DNA of 64,000 nucleotides, taken from positions 20,324 through 84,323 of the IMG/VR virus record IMGVR_UViG_3300033148_003679; one strand, written 5' to 3'. Position numbers and translations under genes: made by a program. This DNA comes from a virus. This document shows positions 27,880-38,279 of this stretch, piece after piece. The notes beneath the pieces were generated by a model that was not told the origin of the DNA, ran no database searches, and worked only from the letters and a program-made list of their open reading frames with translations. Position 1 is the stretch's first letter, and every line of letters begins with the position of its first letter.

Positions 27880-28698
27880 ATGGAATTCATTTCTGGCGTA
27901 GACATACAAGAGTCAACTGGTTTGTTCGCGTTCATATACGGTGGTACAGGGGTTGGTAAATCCACTTCATTGATCCAATCGTTACCAGACCCGATCCTCT
28001 ATATCATGACCGAACCACGTGACCCGGCAGCGTTCCAGGCGGCAGCTAACAGACCGGGCGTAGAGATATATTATGGCCAATACGAAAACTGGTACGATTT
28101 AATAAATCTTACTGCAAACCCATCGAATTTTGACGGGTATAATTCCGTTGTAGTAGATTCTATTACGTATCTAATGAAAGTGCGGCTTACAGGCGAGATA
28201 ACTAACGAGAGTTATGAAGCGTTGCCGGCAGACAAAAAGTCGCGCCGTTCTCTTGTAACACAGACTCGTATGGCTCTTGACGATTGGGGCGGTATGGCAA
28301 ATCAGATGTTCCGGTTGTTTGAAGACTTGGGCACTCTGTCAACTACAGGTAAATGCGTTGTAGTTACGGCTTTACTTACATCACATCCTAAATGGTCGCC
28401 ACAACACGAATATGCACCTGCTCTTGCCGGAAACCAGTTTAGTGAAGGTATGCCGAGTGGTGTAGACCTGATCGGTTGGGTTCGGGACTCTAATGTGGTT
28501 GACCGGAATACAGGACAGAATACAGGTGAAATTACATGGCCGCCTATAGTAGATTTCAGGTCTAACGCAACTCATATCGGTAAATGGACTGGTATACGGC
28601 CACAAACCGGTGTGATATTTTACTTGAACATGAAAGATATTATAGAGGCTAAAGGGTGCGAGTTTAAAAGTGCAACAGAAATAGGCCGACCGTTATAG
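27880..28698 (+). CDS. AAA_24/Sak4-like P-loop ATPase (recombinase)
   Basis: FIYGGTGVGKST, SVVVDSIT, DWG, VDLIG; lies between the nuclease and the SSB-like gene. Confidence 0.8.
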   Translation: MEFISGVDIQESTGLFAFIYGGTGVGKSTSLIQSLPDPILYIMTEPRDPAAFQAAANRPGVEIYYGQYENWYDLINLTANPSNFDGYNSVVVDSITYLMKVRLTGEITNESYEALPADKKSRRSLVTQTRMALDDWGGMANQMFRLFEDLGTLSTTGKCVVVTALLTSHPKWSPQHEYAPALAGNQFSEGMPSGVDLIGWVRDSNVVDRNTGQNTGEITWPPIVDFRSNATHIGKWTGIRPQTGVIFYLNMKDIIEAKGCEFKSATEIGRPL

Positions 28699-28751
28699 TG
28701 GTGGCTTTCAGGAATTTTACGCTAATGATGTTTAGAAAGGAATGAATCTAC

Positions 28752-29099
28752 ATGAGACTTGAAGATGTATACATGCCGTTTGGAGATGAAACCGTATGGG
28801 GTGGGGCGTGGCAGTATTATATAGTACAAGTATGCGACGAAGAGGGATGCTGTTTCTTAACGCCAGAAGGAAAGAGACAACGAGATCCATGTCTTATGGG
28901 AAAGAAAGTGGCAGAAGATTGCGAAGTTATATATAGAGATGAGATGGATAATCATGGACTTCATCTTAAAGTGCTGCCAGCCATTATTAGGGTTGGATAT
29001 ACTGTTGCAGAGAGACAGCGAGATCACTTTCAACTGGAATCCTATAATAAGCTAATACGTATATTGAAAGAGGCATTGGAGATACCAAGAGATAAATAA
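28752..29099 (+). CDS. Hypothetical protein
   Basis: AAGGA RBS. Confidence 0.55.
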   Translation: MRLEDVYMPFGDETVWGGAWQYYIVQVCDEEGCCFLTPEGKRQRDPCLMGKKVAEDCEVIYRDEMDNHGLHLKVLPAIIRVGYTVAERQRDHFQLESYNKLIRILKEALEIPRDK

Positions 29100-29155
29100 A
29101 TTTCTCCATCTTAAAGACAACGATATGTGACGGTATAGTAATAGTAGCAGGCAAC

Positions 29156-29183
29156 CGAGTACGAGTACGAGTACGAGTACGAG
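29156..29183. repeat. (CGAGTA)4+ tandem repeat
   Basis: Read directly. Confidence 0.9.
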
Positions 29184-29330
29184 AAAGGATGGTGATTAAA
29201 ATGCGGTGAAACTAAACACCTTCGTATGCTACTGTCTGGTATACGAAGTCAGGTTCTGGAACCTGAAACAACTTCGCGAAGGGTGAAAGTAACAGAAACA
29301 TTTTATACAAGAAGAAAGGTAGATCTACAA

Positions 29331-29924
29331 ATGGGTATAGCAGATTTTGCAAACACCGAGTATACTGCACCGCCATTGCCAGACGGCGAATATATATGGC
29401 AGTTTGAAGCACCTATAGAATTGCAGAGCGGTGAAAGTGACGATGGACGACAATATCAGTATGTTGTTCTGAACGGTAGAATTATTGGTGGTGAACATGA
29501 TGGCCGTCAGTTTACTCACAAGATCTTTACGACCAGTGATTATCCTAGCAGGAACCCGGCAGCAGATTTCTTCGGATTTCTGGTATCAGCTGGTATGGCT
29601 CCGCAACTAGATATAGCCGGGGTAACACTTGAAACGGCGTTTCATCCCAACACAATGCTTATTGTATCGTCACAGTTGCCGGGACGAACCGTAAAAATCT
29701 CTGTGGCTCAGAAGACCAGTTCTCGTGGTACATTTCCGCGAATTATTAAAGTTGCACCGAATGTAGCTGGCGCGGCTACGGCACCACTAGCAGGTCAACC
29801 GGTACCGCAAGTACCAGGTGCTGCTTCTGTACCGCCGTCTCCGGCTGGTAATGTACCGCCTCCTGTACCAAACGTGTCGTCAACACCGAATATACCACGT
29901 GTACCACCGGCACCAGTAGGTTGA
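29331..29924 (+). CDS. DUF669-like single-stranded DNA-binding protein with a Pro-rich tail
   Basis: PLPDGEY...IIGGEHDGRQF; typical neighbour of Sak4. Confidence 0.65.
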   Translation: MGIADFANTEYTAPPLPDGEYIWQFEAPIELQSGESDDGRQYQYVVLNGRIIGGEHDGRQFTHKIFTTSDYPSRNPAADFFGFLVSAGMAPQLDIAGVTLETAFHPNTMLIVSSQLPGRTVKISVAQKTSSRGTFPRIIKVAPNVAGAATAPLAGQPVPQVPGAASVPPSPAGNVPPPVPNVSSTPNIPRVPPAPVG

Positions 29925-30123
29925 TAACGTAGATGGTACACAGGGGGTAGAAGTTAGAAGATAGTATAACAGGTTAAAAGGTTATGGGCGGTATAGAAAT
30001 TCCAGCAAACAAATTAGGTAGTATATAGAAACCACGAATACAGAACATGCTAAACCCCAACTCGTTATAACAGTAACCGGAATAGTATATGCCGCCCATA
30101 CAAAAAAACTGGGCAATCATAAT

Positions 30124-30675
30124 ATGAAAATAATTGATCTTACAGGAAAACGGTTTGGTAAACTTGTCGTGTTAGGCATGTTGCCGAAATCCGGAAAAGG
30201 TATACCGATAAAATGGGAATGTCAATGCGATTGTGGTAACATTACGTCTGCGTTGGGTGGTAATCTACGTGGCGGTAGACGTGTATCGTGCGGGTTATGT
30301 AAACTCGAAAGAAAACGTGGGCCGGATTCGCCACTTTTTATAGACCGTGTAGGTGAACGGCACGGAAAACTTACTGTAAAGAAGTATGAAGGGGTTGTTA
30401 CGACTAAAAGTAATAGACGTATACACCAATGGTTATGTCAATGCGATTGCGGTCAATATCGTATAGTTGGAAGTCCGTCACTCCGTAAGGTATCGTCTTG
30501 TAAGGCGTGTACACATAAACTTAAACCGCATGAAGTTAAGTTTATTAGAGAGAAGTACCAGAAAGGTGATAGAGAGTATGGCGGAGCGGGGTTGGCGAAG
30601 ACTTTTGGTATAAGCGAAAGTTATGTTAGTAGGATTATGAAAGGCACTAGATTGAACGGAGCGATGTATGAATAA
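30124..30675 (+). CDS. Protein with two HNH-associated DLTGKRFG..W.C.CDCG repeats and a C-terminal HTH
   Basis: IDLTGKRFGKLVV...WECQCDCGN; LAKTFGISESYVSRI; no HNH catalytic motif seen. Confidence 0.75.
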   Translation: MKIIDLTGKRFGKLVVLGMLPKSGKGIPIKWECQCDCGNITSALGGNLRGGRRVSCGLCKLERKRGPDSPLFIDRVGERHGKLTVKKYEGVVTTKSNRRIHQWLCQCDCGQYRIVGSPSLRKVSSCKACTHKLKPHEVKFIREKYQKGDREYGGAGLAKTFGISESYVSRIMKGTRLNGAMYE

Positions 30676-30870
30676 GAGTTTAATCTCAGCATTTTTGTTA
30701 ATAGTTCTGTTCTTATACCTGGTTATGTACGTTACGAAAATGTTTATGAAATGAGGGGTTGGGTATAAAAGAAAAGTACTGGTATTAGAAGTCGGTATTA
30801 GACCGAGGCGCGAAAATCGTTGAATGTTATATGTAAGTAGTATACAGGTTATAGAGATGTTTACGAGATA

Positions 30871-31596
30871 ATGGCAACCAAAAAGTCTGTCAAAAAGTCT
30901 AAACGCAAGTCTGTGAAACGTAAACGAGGTACAAAGTCTCGGCCAAAAGGCGTTGCGTCTTATGCAAGAACTTCATGGACTCAAAACATGTTTGAATCTC
31001 CTGTTTCTATACCAAAAGGATTTATACTTGCAATTGACACCGCTGAACAGAAACCTTTGTTTATACCAAAACGAATTGCAGACGGTGAACAGATTGTTTT
31101 ACCGTCCGGGTTAACATGTCAAGGTAGAGTTCTGCCAGACGGCGATTATAGTGTAATAGGATTGGAACGGGTAGTAGCCGTTGAACTTAAACGAATGAGT
31201 GACATGTTGTTGTATATAGGGAAAGAACGAATAGCTAAAACTATCCCGAAACTCAGACGGTTACAGAACTATTGGTGGGCGGCTGTAGTTGTCCAAGAGT
31301 CAGAACGTGACATTATATCTGTTAATACAATATACGAGACGCAGATGACACCTAATAAGGTACGCGGTTTTTTTCGGTCACTTCATGTTCATTACGGTAT
31401 TCATAGCTATTTTAATCGAGAAGCAGAACGATGCGAATACTGGATACTAGAACACTTGACTTATGCCTTTACAAAACTGTTAAAACAAGAATGCCAAGAT
31501 TTGTGGCGTCGAAAACGAGATGGTATAATTGCTGCTACAGATTATGTTCCGCTTCCTGAACCGTCTGTACGCGGTAAGAATGTTGGTTGGAAATGA
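30871..31596 (+). CDS. ERCC4/XPF-family structure-specific nuclease
   Basis: IDTAEQKP, GDYSV, VELKRMSD (ERKxxxD-like). Confidence 0.8.
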   Translation: MATKKSVKKSKRKSVKRKRGTKSRPKGVASYARTSWTQNMFESPVSIPKGFILAIDTAEQKPLFIPKRIADGEQIVLPSGLTCQGRVLPDGDYSVIGLERVVAVELKRMSDMLLYIGKERIAKTIPKLRRLQNYWWAAVVVQESERDIISVNTIYETQMTPNKVRGFFRSLHVHYGIHSYFNREAERCEYWILEHLTYAFTKLLKQECQDLWRRKRDGIIAATDYVPLPEPSVRGKNVGWK

Positions 31597-31914
31597 TTGG
31601 AACGTAGACGGATGAAACGGAATGGTATAAATATGAGCAAAAATGATAAAGATAAGGGAATGAAGTTTGTTGTACATACCAATGATGGCAGGAAAAAGAT
31701 ACGAGATTGTTGTACTTATGCGTCCATATCCGAAACCTTTTTATTAACATTAGCTGGAACGGAAGTTAACGTAATACCTGTCAAAAACATTGTACTCTTA
31801 CAAGCATTTAGATGTACTGTAACACATAAGTATAGTGCTGACCAGATTATATTCGAGCCCGTGCAACTAAATTCAAATTCTTAGCATAGAGTATATGGGA
31901 AAGGAACTTAGCTG

Positions 31915-32151
31915 ATGGGTATAAGGGACGTAGCGCGTACAGATTTCATGTCAAAACAAACTGTGCCAGAACTTAACGCAAAAGAAATGGCAGCGGCTAA
32001 CGAATGTGCCGAAGTTCTTCGTACAGTAGCAGACAATAAACGCGGATTATATATATGGGAGATTTGTAACGAGTATGATGTAGACCATCATAAAATTGCC
32101 AGACATCTTGCACAGAGAGCTAACAGTAGACGTGCTAAGAATAAATTATAA
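31915..32151 (+). CDS. Hypothetical protein
   Basis: AAGGA RBS. Confidence 0.55.
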   Translation: MGIRDVARTDFMSKQTVPELNAKEMAAANECAEVLRTVADNKRGLYIWEICNEYDVDHHKIARHLAQRANSRRAKNKL

Positions 32152-32165
32152 GGATAGAAAATGCC

Positions 32166-32744
32166 ATGGCCAAAAGAAAATCAATTGCAGATAATGCTAA
32201 CATGGAATTTATAACCGATTCCGGTTGGGATAAAGGGACACAACGGCGGGAACATTTGAGAGGTAAAGTAATAAACGCTTTTAGAAAAGGAGTTGTAGCT
32301 TCTGATAAAAGAGGCCATTTTCAGCAGATAGGATTCAAAATCCAACCTATTTTTATAGATCTTCTACATAAAGTGGCTGGTATAATGCCGGACGCTTTCT
32401 GGTATCGGAAAGGTCGAAAATCTCAGTCTGCTATTTATAGAACCATTTTTGTTATAGGTATCGAGACGGCGTTGAATTATGTGGAAGAAGAAGGGTTGTT
32501 AGACGATCCTGCTCTTAAAGAGATACATGACCAGCTCGAAACTGCCGAAACGTTGTCTGCTATTGTAAATATAGCGGAACAACGGCAGGAAGTCGAAGCG
32601 TTACAAAAACGGTTACTTTCCAGCGCGAACATAAATGAGATAAGTCAACATGGCCCTAGATTGGCTCGTAGTATTAAGACCTTGAATGAGATTGAAGATG
32701 GGTTGGTCGAGATGCTGGGTACTAAAGGTAACGCACGGAAATAG
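32166..32744 (+). CDS. Hypothetical protein
   Basis: 192 aa ORF in operon. Confidence 0.6.
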   Translation: MAKRKSIADNANMEFITDSGWDKGTQRREHLRGKVINAFRKGVVASDKRGHFQQIGFKIQPIFIDLLHKVAGIMPDAFWYRKGRKSQSAIYRTIFVIGIETALNYVEEEGLLDDPALKEIHDQLETAETLSAIVNIAEQRQEVEALQKRLLSSANINEISQHGPRLARSIKTLNEIEDGLVEMLGTKGNARK

Positions 32745-32755
32745 GTAAACCAAGC

Positions 32756-33139
32756 ATGAATTTTCGTAGTCCTCTCAGTGTAATCCGCCATTTCTGTCTT
32801 TCATGTACTGGTGGCGGTATAAAAGATATACGAGAATGTACTGGTAACAGACCGTTTGGCAGCAGACATGCTCCTTGTATTTTGTACCCGTACCGTATGG
32901 GACACAGGCCGGGACGATGGGATACAACACTTTTTGGCAAACGGTATAGTGCTAGACGAGCTATACAACTAGAATGTAAACGGTGTCAGAATACACGAGA
33001 GCGCGACGTTGTACTTGATTGTACGAGCCAAGACTGTCCGTTATGGAAATGGCGGTTAGGCACTCCACCCGAGTATAAGAAACGTATTGATAAAGAGCGG
33101 TTACAAAAACATGCTCGGTCAATCCGCCAGAAGAAGTGA
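32756..33139 (+). CDS. Tandem Cys-motif protein
   Basis: Two IR..C..C...C....C.L...R.G units. Confidence 0.7.
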   Translation: MNFRSPLSVIRHFCLSCTGGGIKDIRECTGNRPFGSRHAPCILYPYRMGHRPGRWDTTLFGKRYSARRAIQLECKRCQNTRERDVVLDCTSQDCPLWKWRLGTPPEYKKRIDKERLQKHARSIRQKK

Positions 33140-33397
33140 AAAGTCTGTTACTTTCATGTCAAAAAACGCCACTGTTACAAGAGATATTGGCGTAGAATCC
33201 ATTTTTATTGAGAAAAGGTAGTAGGACACTACGGAAAGGCGCGTCTCGGAAATTAGGGCAAATTAGGGTAAGGCAAAGAGTGGTTGGATACAGAAAAAAG
33301 GAACGGTATGGAAAGGTGGCGTTTCGGAAATTGATATAGAGCGTTCATGAATACTATGTAAATCGAACTATATAGATATGAAGAATAAAAAAAGATA

Positions 33398-33676
33398 ATG
33401 AAACGCATTAAACAAGTAAAGCCGAAAAAGCGACAAATGAAGTCTAATAAGCCTGCACGGGACTCGGAAATAGTGATTTCCAGAAACGGTACAGAGTATC
33501 AAGTTGCTCCGTCTGGTTCATGGCATAGAATCACTCGTAAACTCAGCAAAAGACAGGTTAGAGAACGAGAGGCAAGACGGTTGACACAACTGCAAGAATC
33601 AAAGCACAGGTTAGGCCTTGACAAAGACAATAATAGTGATGGTCATAAAGATAAAGAAGATAAAGGAGTAGAATAA
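33398..33676 (+). CDS. Basic hypothetical protein
   Basis: ORF track. Confidence 0.5.
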   Translation: MKRIKQVKPKKRQMKSNKPARDSEIVISRNGTEYQVAPSGSWHRITRKLSKRQVREREARRLTQLQESKHRLGLDKDNNSDGHKDKEDKGVE

Positions 33677-34117
33677 GGTTACCGAGCATGAAAAAGCAAA
33701 ATGATAACTTCATGAGCAAGTATACAACATCTAATACCATACCTACGTTATAAATTAAATGATAACTTATAACCTGATTTTTCAGGTTACCAGTCTTTAG
33801 ACCCACTGATATAGGACGAAAAGTCGTGGATAACTTGGAACAGAAGTTTTCAAGTACATTTTTTAGCATTACGGTCAACAGTAAACAAGAGTTTTTGTAA
33901 ACTATCGCGTTTAGTTTTCTGAACATAGGAAGGATTTGGTAACTACTATGCTGGGTTTTCCTTACTTTTGTCTACAGAGAATAGTAGTTGTAAACTTAAG
34001 CGAGAAGTTAGATAACTTGGCCGATACATGTTATATAACAACGGCGAAATGTTTACCTGTCTGTAACCAAGAAAAAGGGTGGATGTCTGTCAATAGTAAA
34101 CCAGGAGAAATAGCAGG

Positions 34118-35785
34118 GTGATAGAACAGATAGAACAAAAAGGTCTCGACATTTCCGCCGATATAATTGAAGAGACGCGTAAATCTTTCTCGAATTTTCG
34201 GGACAAGGAGTATAGACCTTATCAGCGTGAAGCGATAGAGTTTATAATGAATAGCAACAAAAAGGTTACCGTAATAGAAGTTCCTACCGGTTCGGGCAAG
34301 TCGCTTTCTGGTATGGTAGCTGGCAAAATGTGGGGTGATATGATATATCTGTGTTCCAGTATTCCACTCCAACACCAGCTCCAGCATGATTTCCCGGAAG
34401 CCGAGATGTTGAAAGGTCGGTCAAATTATCCATGCTTGCGGTTGCCGGTAAAAGGTATGAGCGCGGCAGATTGTAATCATAGCAAATCTAATCCTTGCGT
34501 GTTCAAGGGTAGTACATGTCCATATCATAGACAGAAAGAAATTGTATTAGCACATCCATTACGAATACTCAACTATTACTATTGGCTGAACGAGTGTTTT
34601 CATGTCGGCAGGTTTAAGGACAAAAATAAAAAGCGAATAATTATTGCTGATGAAGCCGACACTTTTGAAGATATAATGTTGGATTTCGTGAGTTTAACAT
34701 TTTCATCTTATGTTCTTTCCAGATACAACATTCCGATACCAGAACGGTTAACAGCTACAGATGGTCGGGTATCGTATTGGGTTGATTGGGCCGAGACTGT
34801 GAAGAATAAAATGGACGATTATTTTGCCGGTCTTGCTCTTAGAATCGAAGTGTTGGAAGAAGATGGAGAAATAGAATCGCCGGAAGCTGTTGACGTGTTA
34901 AAGGAATATAAACAAGTTGAATCGATATTAACGCAACTGTCAATGTTTCTAAGTTATGTGGATGATACATGGATATTTGACCGGCAAAAACGAAAACATG
35001 GCGAGTATTGGACGTTTAAGCCAACATGGATTTCGTCTAAAATAGCTGAAAAGTTTTTTCTCGATAATGGTTCAAAATTCGTTTTAATGAGCGCACATCT
35101 ACCGCCACTTAAAGTTCTATCCCAGATGCTCGGTATAAAGCTGGTAGATATGGATTATTTTTCTGCACCGTCCCTGTTTGTTCCTGAACGACGTAGAATA
35201 TTTTTGCAGCCTGTTGCCAGTTTAACCAATAGAACATGGGATACATCGTTACCATCTATTCTCAAATATATAGAGATGTTAGCTGAACGATATATGAATT
35301 ACAAAGGACTTATCCATACAGTAAGCTATAAACTGCGTGACGCCATTATGGCTCTCAACAATCCACGGTTTATAACCCACGAAGGGGCAAAAGATCGCGT
35401 TGAAATGTTGAAAAAGTTTGAGCAGTCGCCCGATCCTTTAGTCATGGTCTCGCCGTCAATGGAACGTGGAATAAGTCTTGAACACGAAAAGTGTCGATGG
35501 ATCGTGTGGCCGAAAGCACCTTGGCTGAATAAAGGTGATAAACAGGTAAAAGCGCGGTTGTATACGGGTGGTAAAAACGGTATAGGCCAAGAATGGTATA
35601 ATGCCATGATGGCCGCAAGTGTCGTCCAAGGATGTGGCCGTGGCACTCGGTTCGATACAGATTGGTGTGATAGTTGGTTGTTAGACCAACAGATATATAA
35701 CTTGGTGACAGGAAAATATAGTTGCGAATATTTCCCGCCATGGTTTAGAAACGCGTTGGTGTACCCTTCGACAAAAAACAAGTAA
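34118..35785 (+). CDS. DinG/XPD-family SF2 helicase with Fe-S cysteines
   Basis: YRPYQ, PTGSGKS, LKGRSNYPC, DEAD, MSA, RGIS, QGCGRGTR...LLD. Confidence 0.9.
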   Translation: MIEQIEQKGLDISADIIEETRKSFSNFRDKEYRPYQREAIEFIMNSNKKVTVIEVPTGSGKSLSGMVAGKMWGDMIYLCSSIPLQHQLQHDFPEAEMLKGRSNYPCLRLPVKGMSAADCNHSKSNPCVFKGSTCPYHRQKEIVLAHPLRILNYYYWLNECFHVGRFKDKNKKRIIIADEADTFEDIMLDFVSLTFSSYVLSRYNIPIPERLTATDGRVSYWVDWAETVKNKMDDYFAGLALRIEVLEEDGEIESPEAVDVLKEYKQVESILTQLSMFLSYVDDTWIFDRQKRKHGEYWTFKPTWISSKIAEKFFLDNGSKFVLMSAHLPPLKVLSQMLGIKLVDMDYFSAPSLFVPERRRIFLQPVASLTNRTWDTSLPSILKYIEMLAERYMNYKGLIHTVSYKLRDAIMALNNPRFITHEGAKDRVEMLKKFEQSPDPLVMVSPSMERGISLEHEKCRWIVWPKAPWLNKGDKQVKARLYTGGKNGIGQEWYNAMMAASVVQGCGRGTRFDTDWCDSWLLDQQIYNLVTGKYSCEYFPPWFRNALVYPSTKNK

Positions 35786-36022
35786 AAAGTGTTGAGAAGG
35801 AGGTTAAAATGAATTGTGGTCTACTACGCTTCATGACAAGTACCTTATACTTGGTAGTCTTAGTTGTTTTGGTTGTGGCAATCCTGTTTTTACTTACTCC
35901 TATAATAGCGGTTGGCTTAATCTTTGGCGTTCCTATACTAATTGTCTGTGCACTTATTGTAGGATGGTCACAGCTAATATCATGGGCACTTGAACTAAAC
36001 GAAAAAAAGTCTTGAAAGGGGG

Positions 36023-36052
36023 TTGACAAACCGCTCTTATTTATGGTATAAT
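36023..36052 (+). promoter_or_regulatory. Sigma70 promoter
   Basis: TTGACA-18 nt-TATAAT. Confidence 0.8.
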
Positions 36053-36110
36053 AGAATGTTGAAAGTTAATGAGGGAAGAAAAAAGTTGTGAGTAATCAGA
36101 AAGGAAATCT

Positions 36111-36593
36111 TTGATGAGTAACAACGGACAAGATATGTCTCTTGCAAATCTTCAACGGCAATCCACTATGGACGTCGAATCACATTATAGACTACAGGCA
36201 GTTAAATGTCGAGATGACGAGGTTCTTCTGGCAATTATCGTGGCGCAAACTGGTGACCAAATGAAAATGGCTACCAAAATGATTAAAATTGACAAGAAGT
36301 TTGCGAAACTGGCACAAGACGATGGTATGATGTTCCAAATCGCTATTCTTCCATATGGTGTTCTTTGTCTATGGGGGTCGTTGTACGGAACACTTTTAGA
36401 AGAATGGCAGGTTGCGCTCATAAACGGGGTAAAAGGCGATACAATAAAATCTGTTATAGAAAATGTGGTGTCCGCCTTGCATATTGCTAAGCTCAACAAA
36501 AAGGTCGGACAAGGTGACGGGAATGAAGATGGTGATAAAACAGATGAAGACGATCAAACGGATAACGAGAAGTTTCCACATCTTATTGTATGA
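36111..36593 (+). CDS. Hypothetical protein
   Basis: First gene after the promoter. Confidence 0.6.
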   Translation: MMSNNGQDMSLANLQRQSTMDVESHYRLQAVKCRDDEVLLAIIVAQTGDQMKMATKMIKIDKKFAKLAQDDGMMFQIAILPYGVLCLWGSLYGTLLEEWQVALINGVKGDTIKSVIENVVSALHIAKLNKKVGQGDGNEDGDKTDEDDQTDNEKFPHLIV

Positions 36594-36606
36594 AAGGTGA
36601 AACGAG

Positions 36607-36960
36607 ATGAAGTTCCCGAAAGTTCTTAAAGAATTGGGTGCATGTTTTGAAGGACAAGACTGGGTCGGCTACCATGGCATGAAATGGGCTTGGGAAAACT
36701 GCGAATATCCTGGATGGATGCTATGGTTTCTATATAGAGTTTGTGAAATAATCGCGGACGAATTTTCTTCATGGCCAGAATTATCACAGATTGAAGATTT
36801 GGAGGTCAAGATTGAGCTTAAGTATTCGATGCCACGTTCAACACCTTTTCGTCCATGGTATCTCGATTGCAGCGGTCCTGAAAACGAATATGCGTGTAAC
36901 TATATTCGTAAACATGTAAAGTTGGGCAAACTATCGGAAGTGGTTAGAGCGATAAAATAA
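36607..36960 (+). CDS. Hypothetical phage protein
   Basis: LGAC.EG..W...AWENC...WMLW. Confidence 0.65.
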   Translation: MKFPKVLKELGACFEGQDWVGYHGMKWAWENCEYPGWMLWFLYRVCEIIADEFSSWPELSQIEDLEVKIELKYSMPRSTPFRPWYLDCSGPENEYACNYIRKHVKLGKLSEVVRAIK

Positions 36961-36971
36961 GGGTATGGGGC

Positions 36972-37316
36972 ATGACAAATAAACGACTTCTAGTATATGT
37001 TGCAGGGCCATACTCTGCTCGATGGTGGTGGCAGAAACTATGGAACGTCTGGCAGGCATGGCGGGTTGCAAGAGATGTATGGCAACATGGACATATGGCA
37101 CATTGTACTTATATCGAGACTGTGTTTCTGGACAATGTTATGTCGCATGACGAATGGTTGACACGAGATTTGGTTATCCTTACTCGATGTGACGCTATGA
37201 TAATGTGTCCAAGATGGAGAACGAGTAAAGGTGCTGTAAAAGAACATAACTTTGCTGTTGAACGAAACATGCCAATCTTTTATAATGCCGATAGATCGCC
37301 GAAAGTAGATGGATAA
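36972..37316 (+). CDS. DUF4406 / nucleoside 2-deoxyribosyltransferase-like protein
   Basis: VYVAGPYS...DLVILTRCDAM...WRTSKGA..E. Confidence 0.8.
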   Translation: MTNKRLLVYVAGPYSARWWWQKLWNVWQAWRVARDVWQHGHMAHCTYIETVFLDNVMSHDEWLTRDLVILTRCDAMIMCPRWRTSKGAVKEHNFAVERNMPIFYNADRSPKVDG

Positions 37317-37588
37317 TGAAAAAGATTACAATCAATAGACTAATAGCAGATAACCGAGTAGAATCGTCAACCATAAAGTTGCCTGACAGTATTGATCCCG
37401 TTACTTTTATCGAGTTTATACATTTTATGGCAGACGGGTTACGGCATGGAGAAGAAACGTATGGGGCTATGTCGTATATGAACAAAAATTTGCAGGATGA
37501 AATAGGAGAAGAATGGCGGGATACTGCAACTTGGGCGTTTCTCGGATGGGACAGAATGAGACGAATACAAGATAGTAGAGAAGAGTAA
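37316..37588 (+). CDS. MazG-like / dNTP pyrophosphohydrolase-like protein
   Basis: G...YG...N...E..EE..D pattern. Confidence 0.45.
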   Translation: MKKITINRLIADNRVESSTIKLPDSIDPVTFIEFIHFMADGLRHGEETYGAMSYMNKNLQDEIGEEWRDTATWAFLGWDRMRRIQDSREE

Positions 37589-37600
37589 AGGAATAATACA

Positions 37601-38047
37601 TTGTCTAGTATATTAGAAATGAATAGAGAAGATTTTGAGAATGTACCGTGTTGTGAGGAAAAATATAAGACAACATCGCCCAGGATGATTTGCGATAGTC
37701 TTGTTATTCTGCCAATAGAATATCGACCTAAAAACTCTAGCGGATTTGGATATGTAGATGTTATAGCTGTGCGAGGTGAAGAAGCTGTTTGTCGGTATAA
37801 AGGCGGAGTTGATATGTTGAATATGGTGAACAAAAGTCCGTCCCAAAACATGAAAATTGTATGTGGTTCTTTCCAAGCATACAAAGCGTATAGCCCGGCA
37901 GATTGGGCCATAGACTTTTTGCCTATAAGTGGTTTAGTACGGATACACCCTCTTGTTCATCGTATACTCTGTGTTCCAACATTAACCACGCTTATGTTAT
38001 ATCCAGTAGAATGGGAGGAAGGATACGACGATGGCAATTTGTGTTAG
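37601..38047 (+). CDS. Hypothetical phage protein
   Basis: DSLVILP...SGF...WAIDFL..SG.VRI. Confidence 0.6.
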   Translation: MSSILEMNREDFENVPCCEEKYKTTSPRMICDSLVILPIEYRPKNSSGFGYVDVIAVRGEEAVCRYKGGVDMLNMVNKSPSQNMKIVCGSFQAYKAYSPADWAIDFLPISGLVRIHPLVHRILCVPTLTTLMLYPVEWEEGYDDGNLC

Positions 38048-38279
38048 ATGTAGTCAATGTGACAGGATATTAGTAGTAGAGCAGTGTGAGATCAATGACA
38101 ATGGCGACATTAGTCTGGCTGTTGAACCTTGTCCCGGCTATTTTCTTGAAGGGTATAAAGCTGGATGTAAGATTTGTGAGTTTGGCAAGATATATGAAGT
38201 TGATAAGATTACTAAAGATTTAACAATGGCGTTAGGCAGGTGGAGCGAAGGAAAACCTGGGAAAGTGGAGAATAGTTAA

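Noticed and set aside
30124-30675. Active HNH homing endonuclease / intron
   Set aside because: Only the N-terminal Cys repeats and an HTH are seen; no HNH motif and no interrupted host gene.
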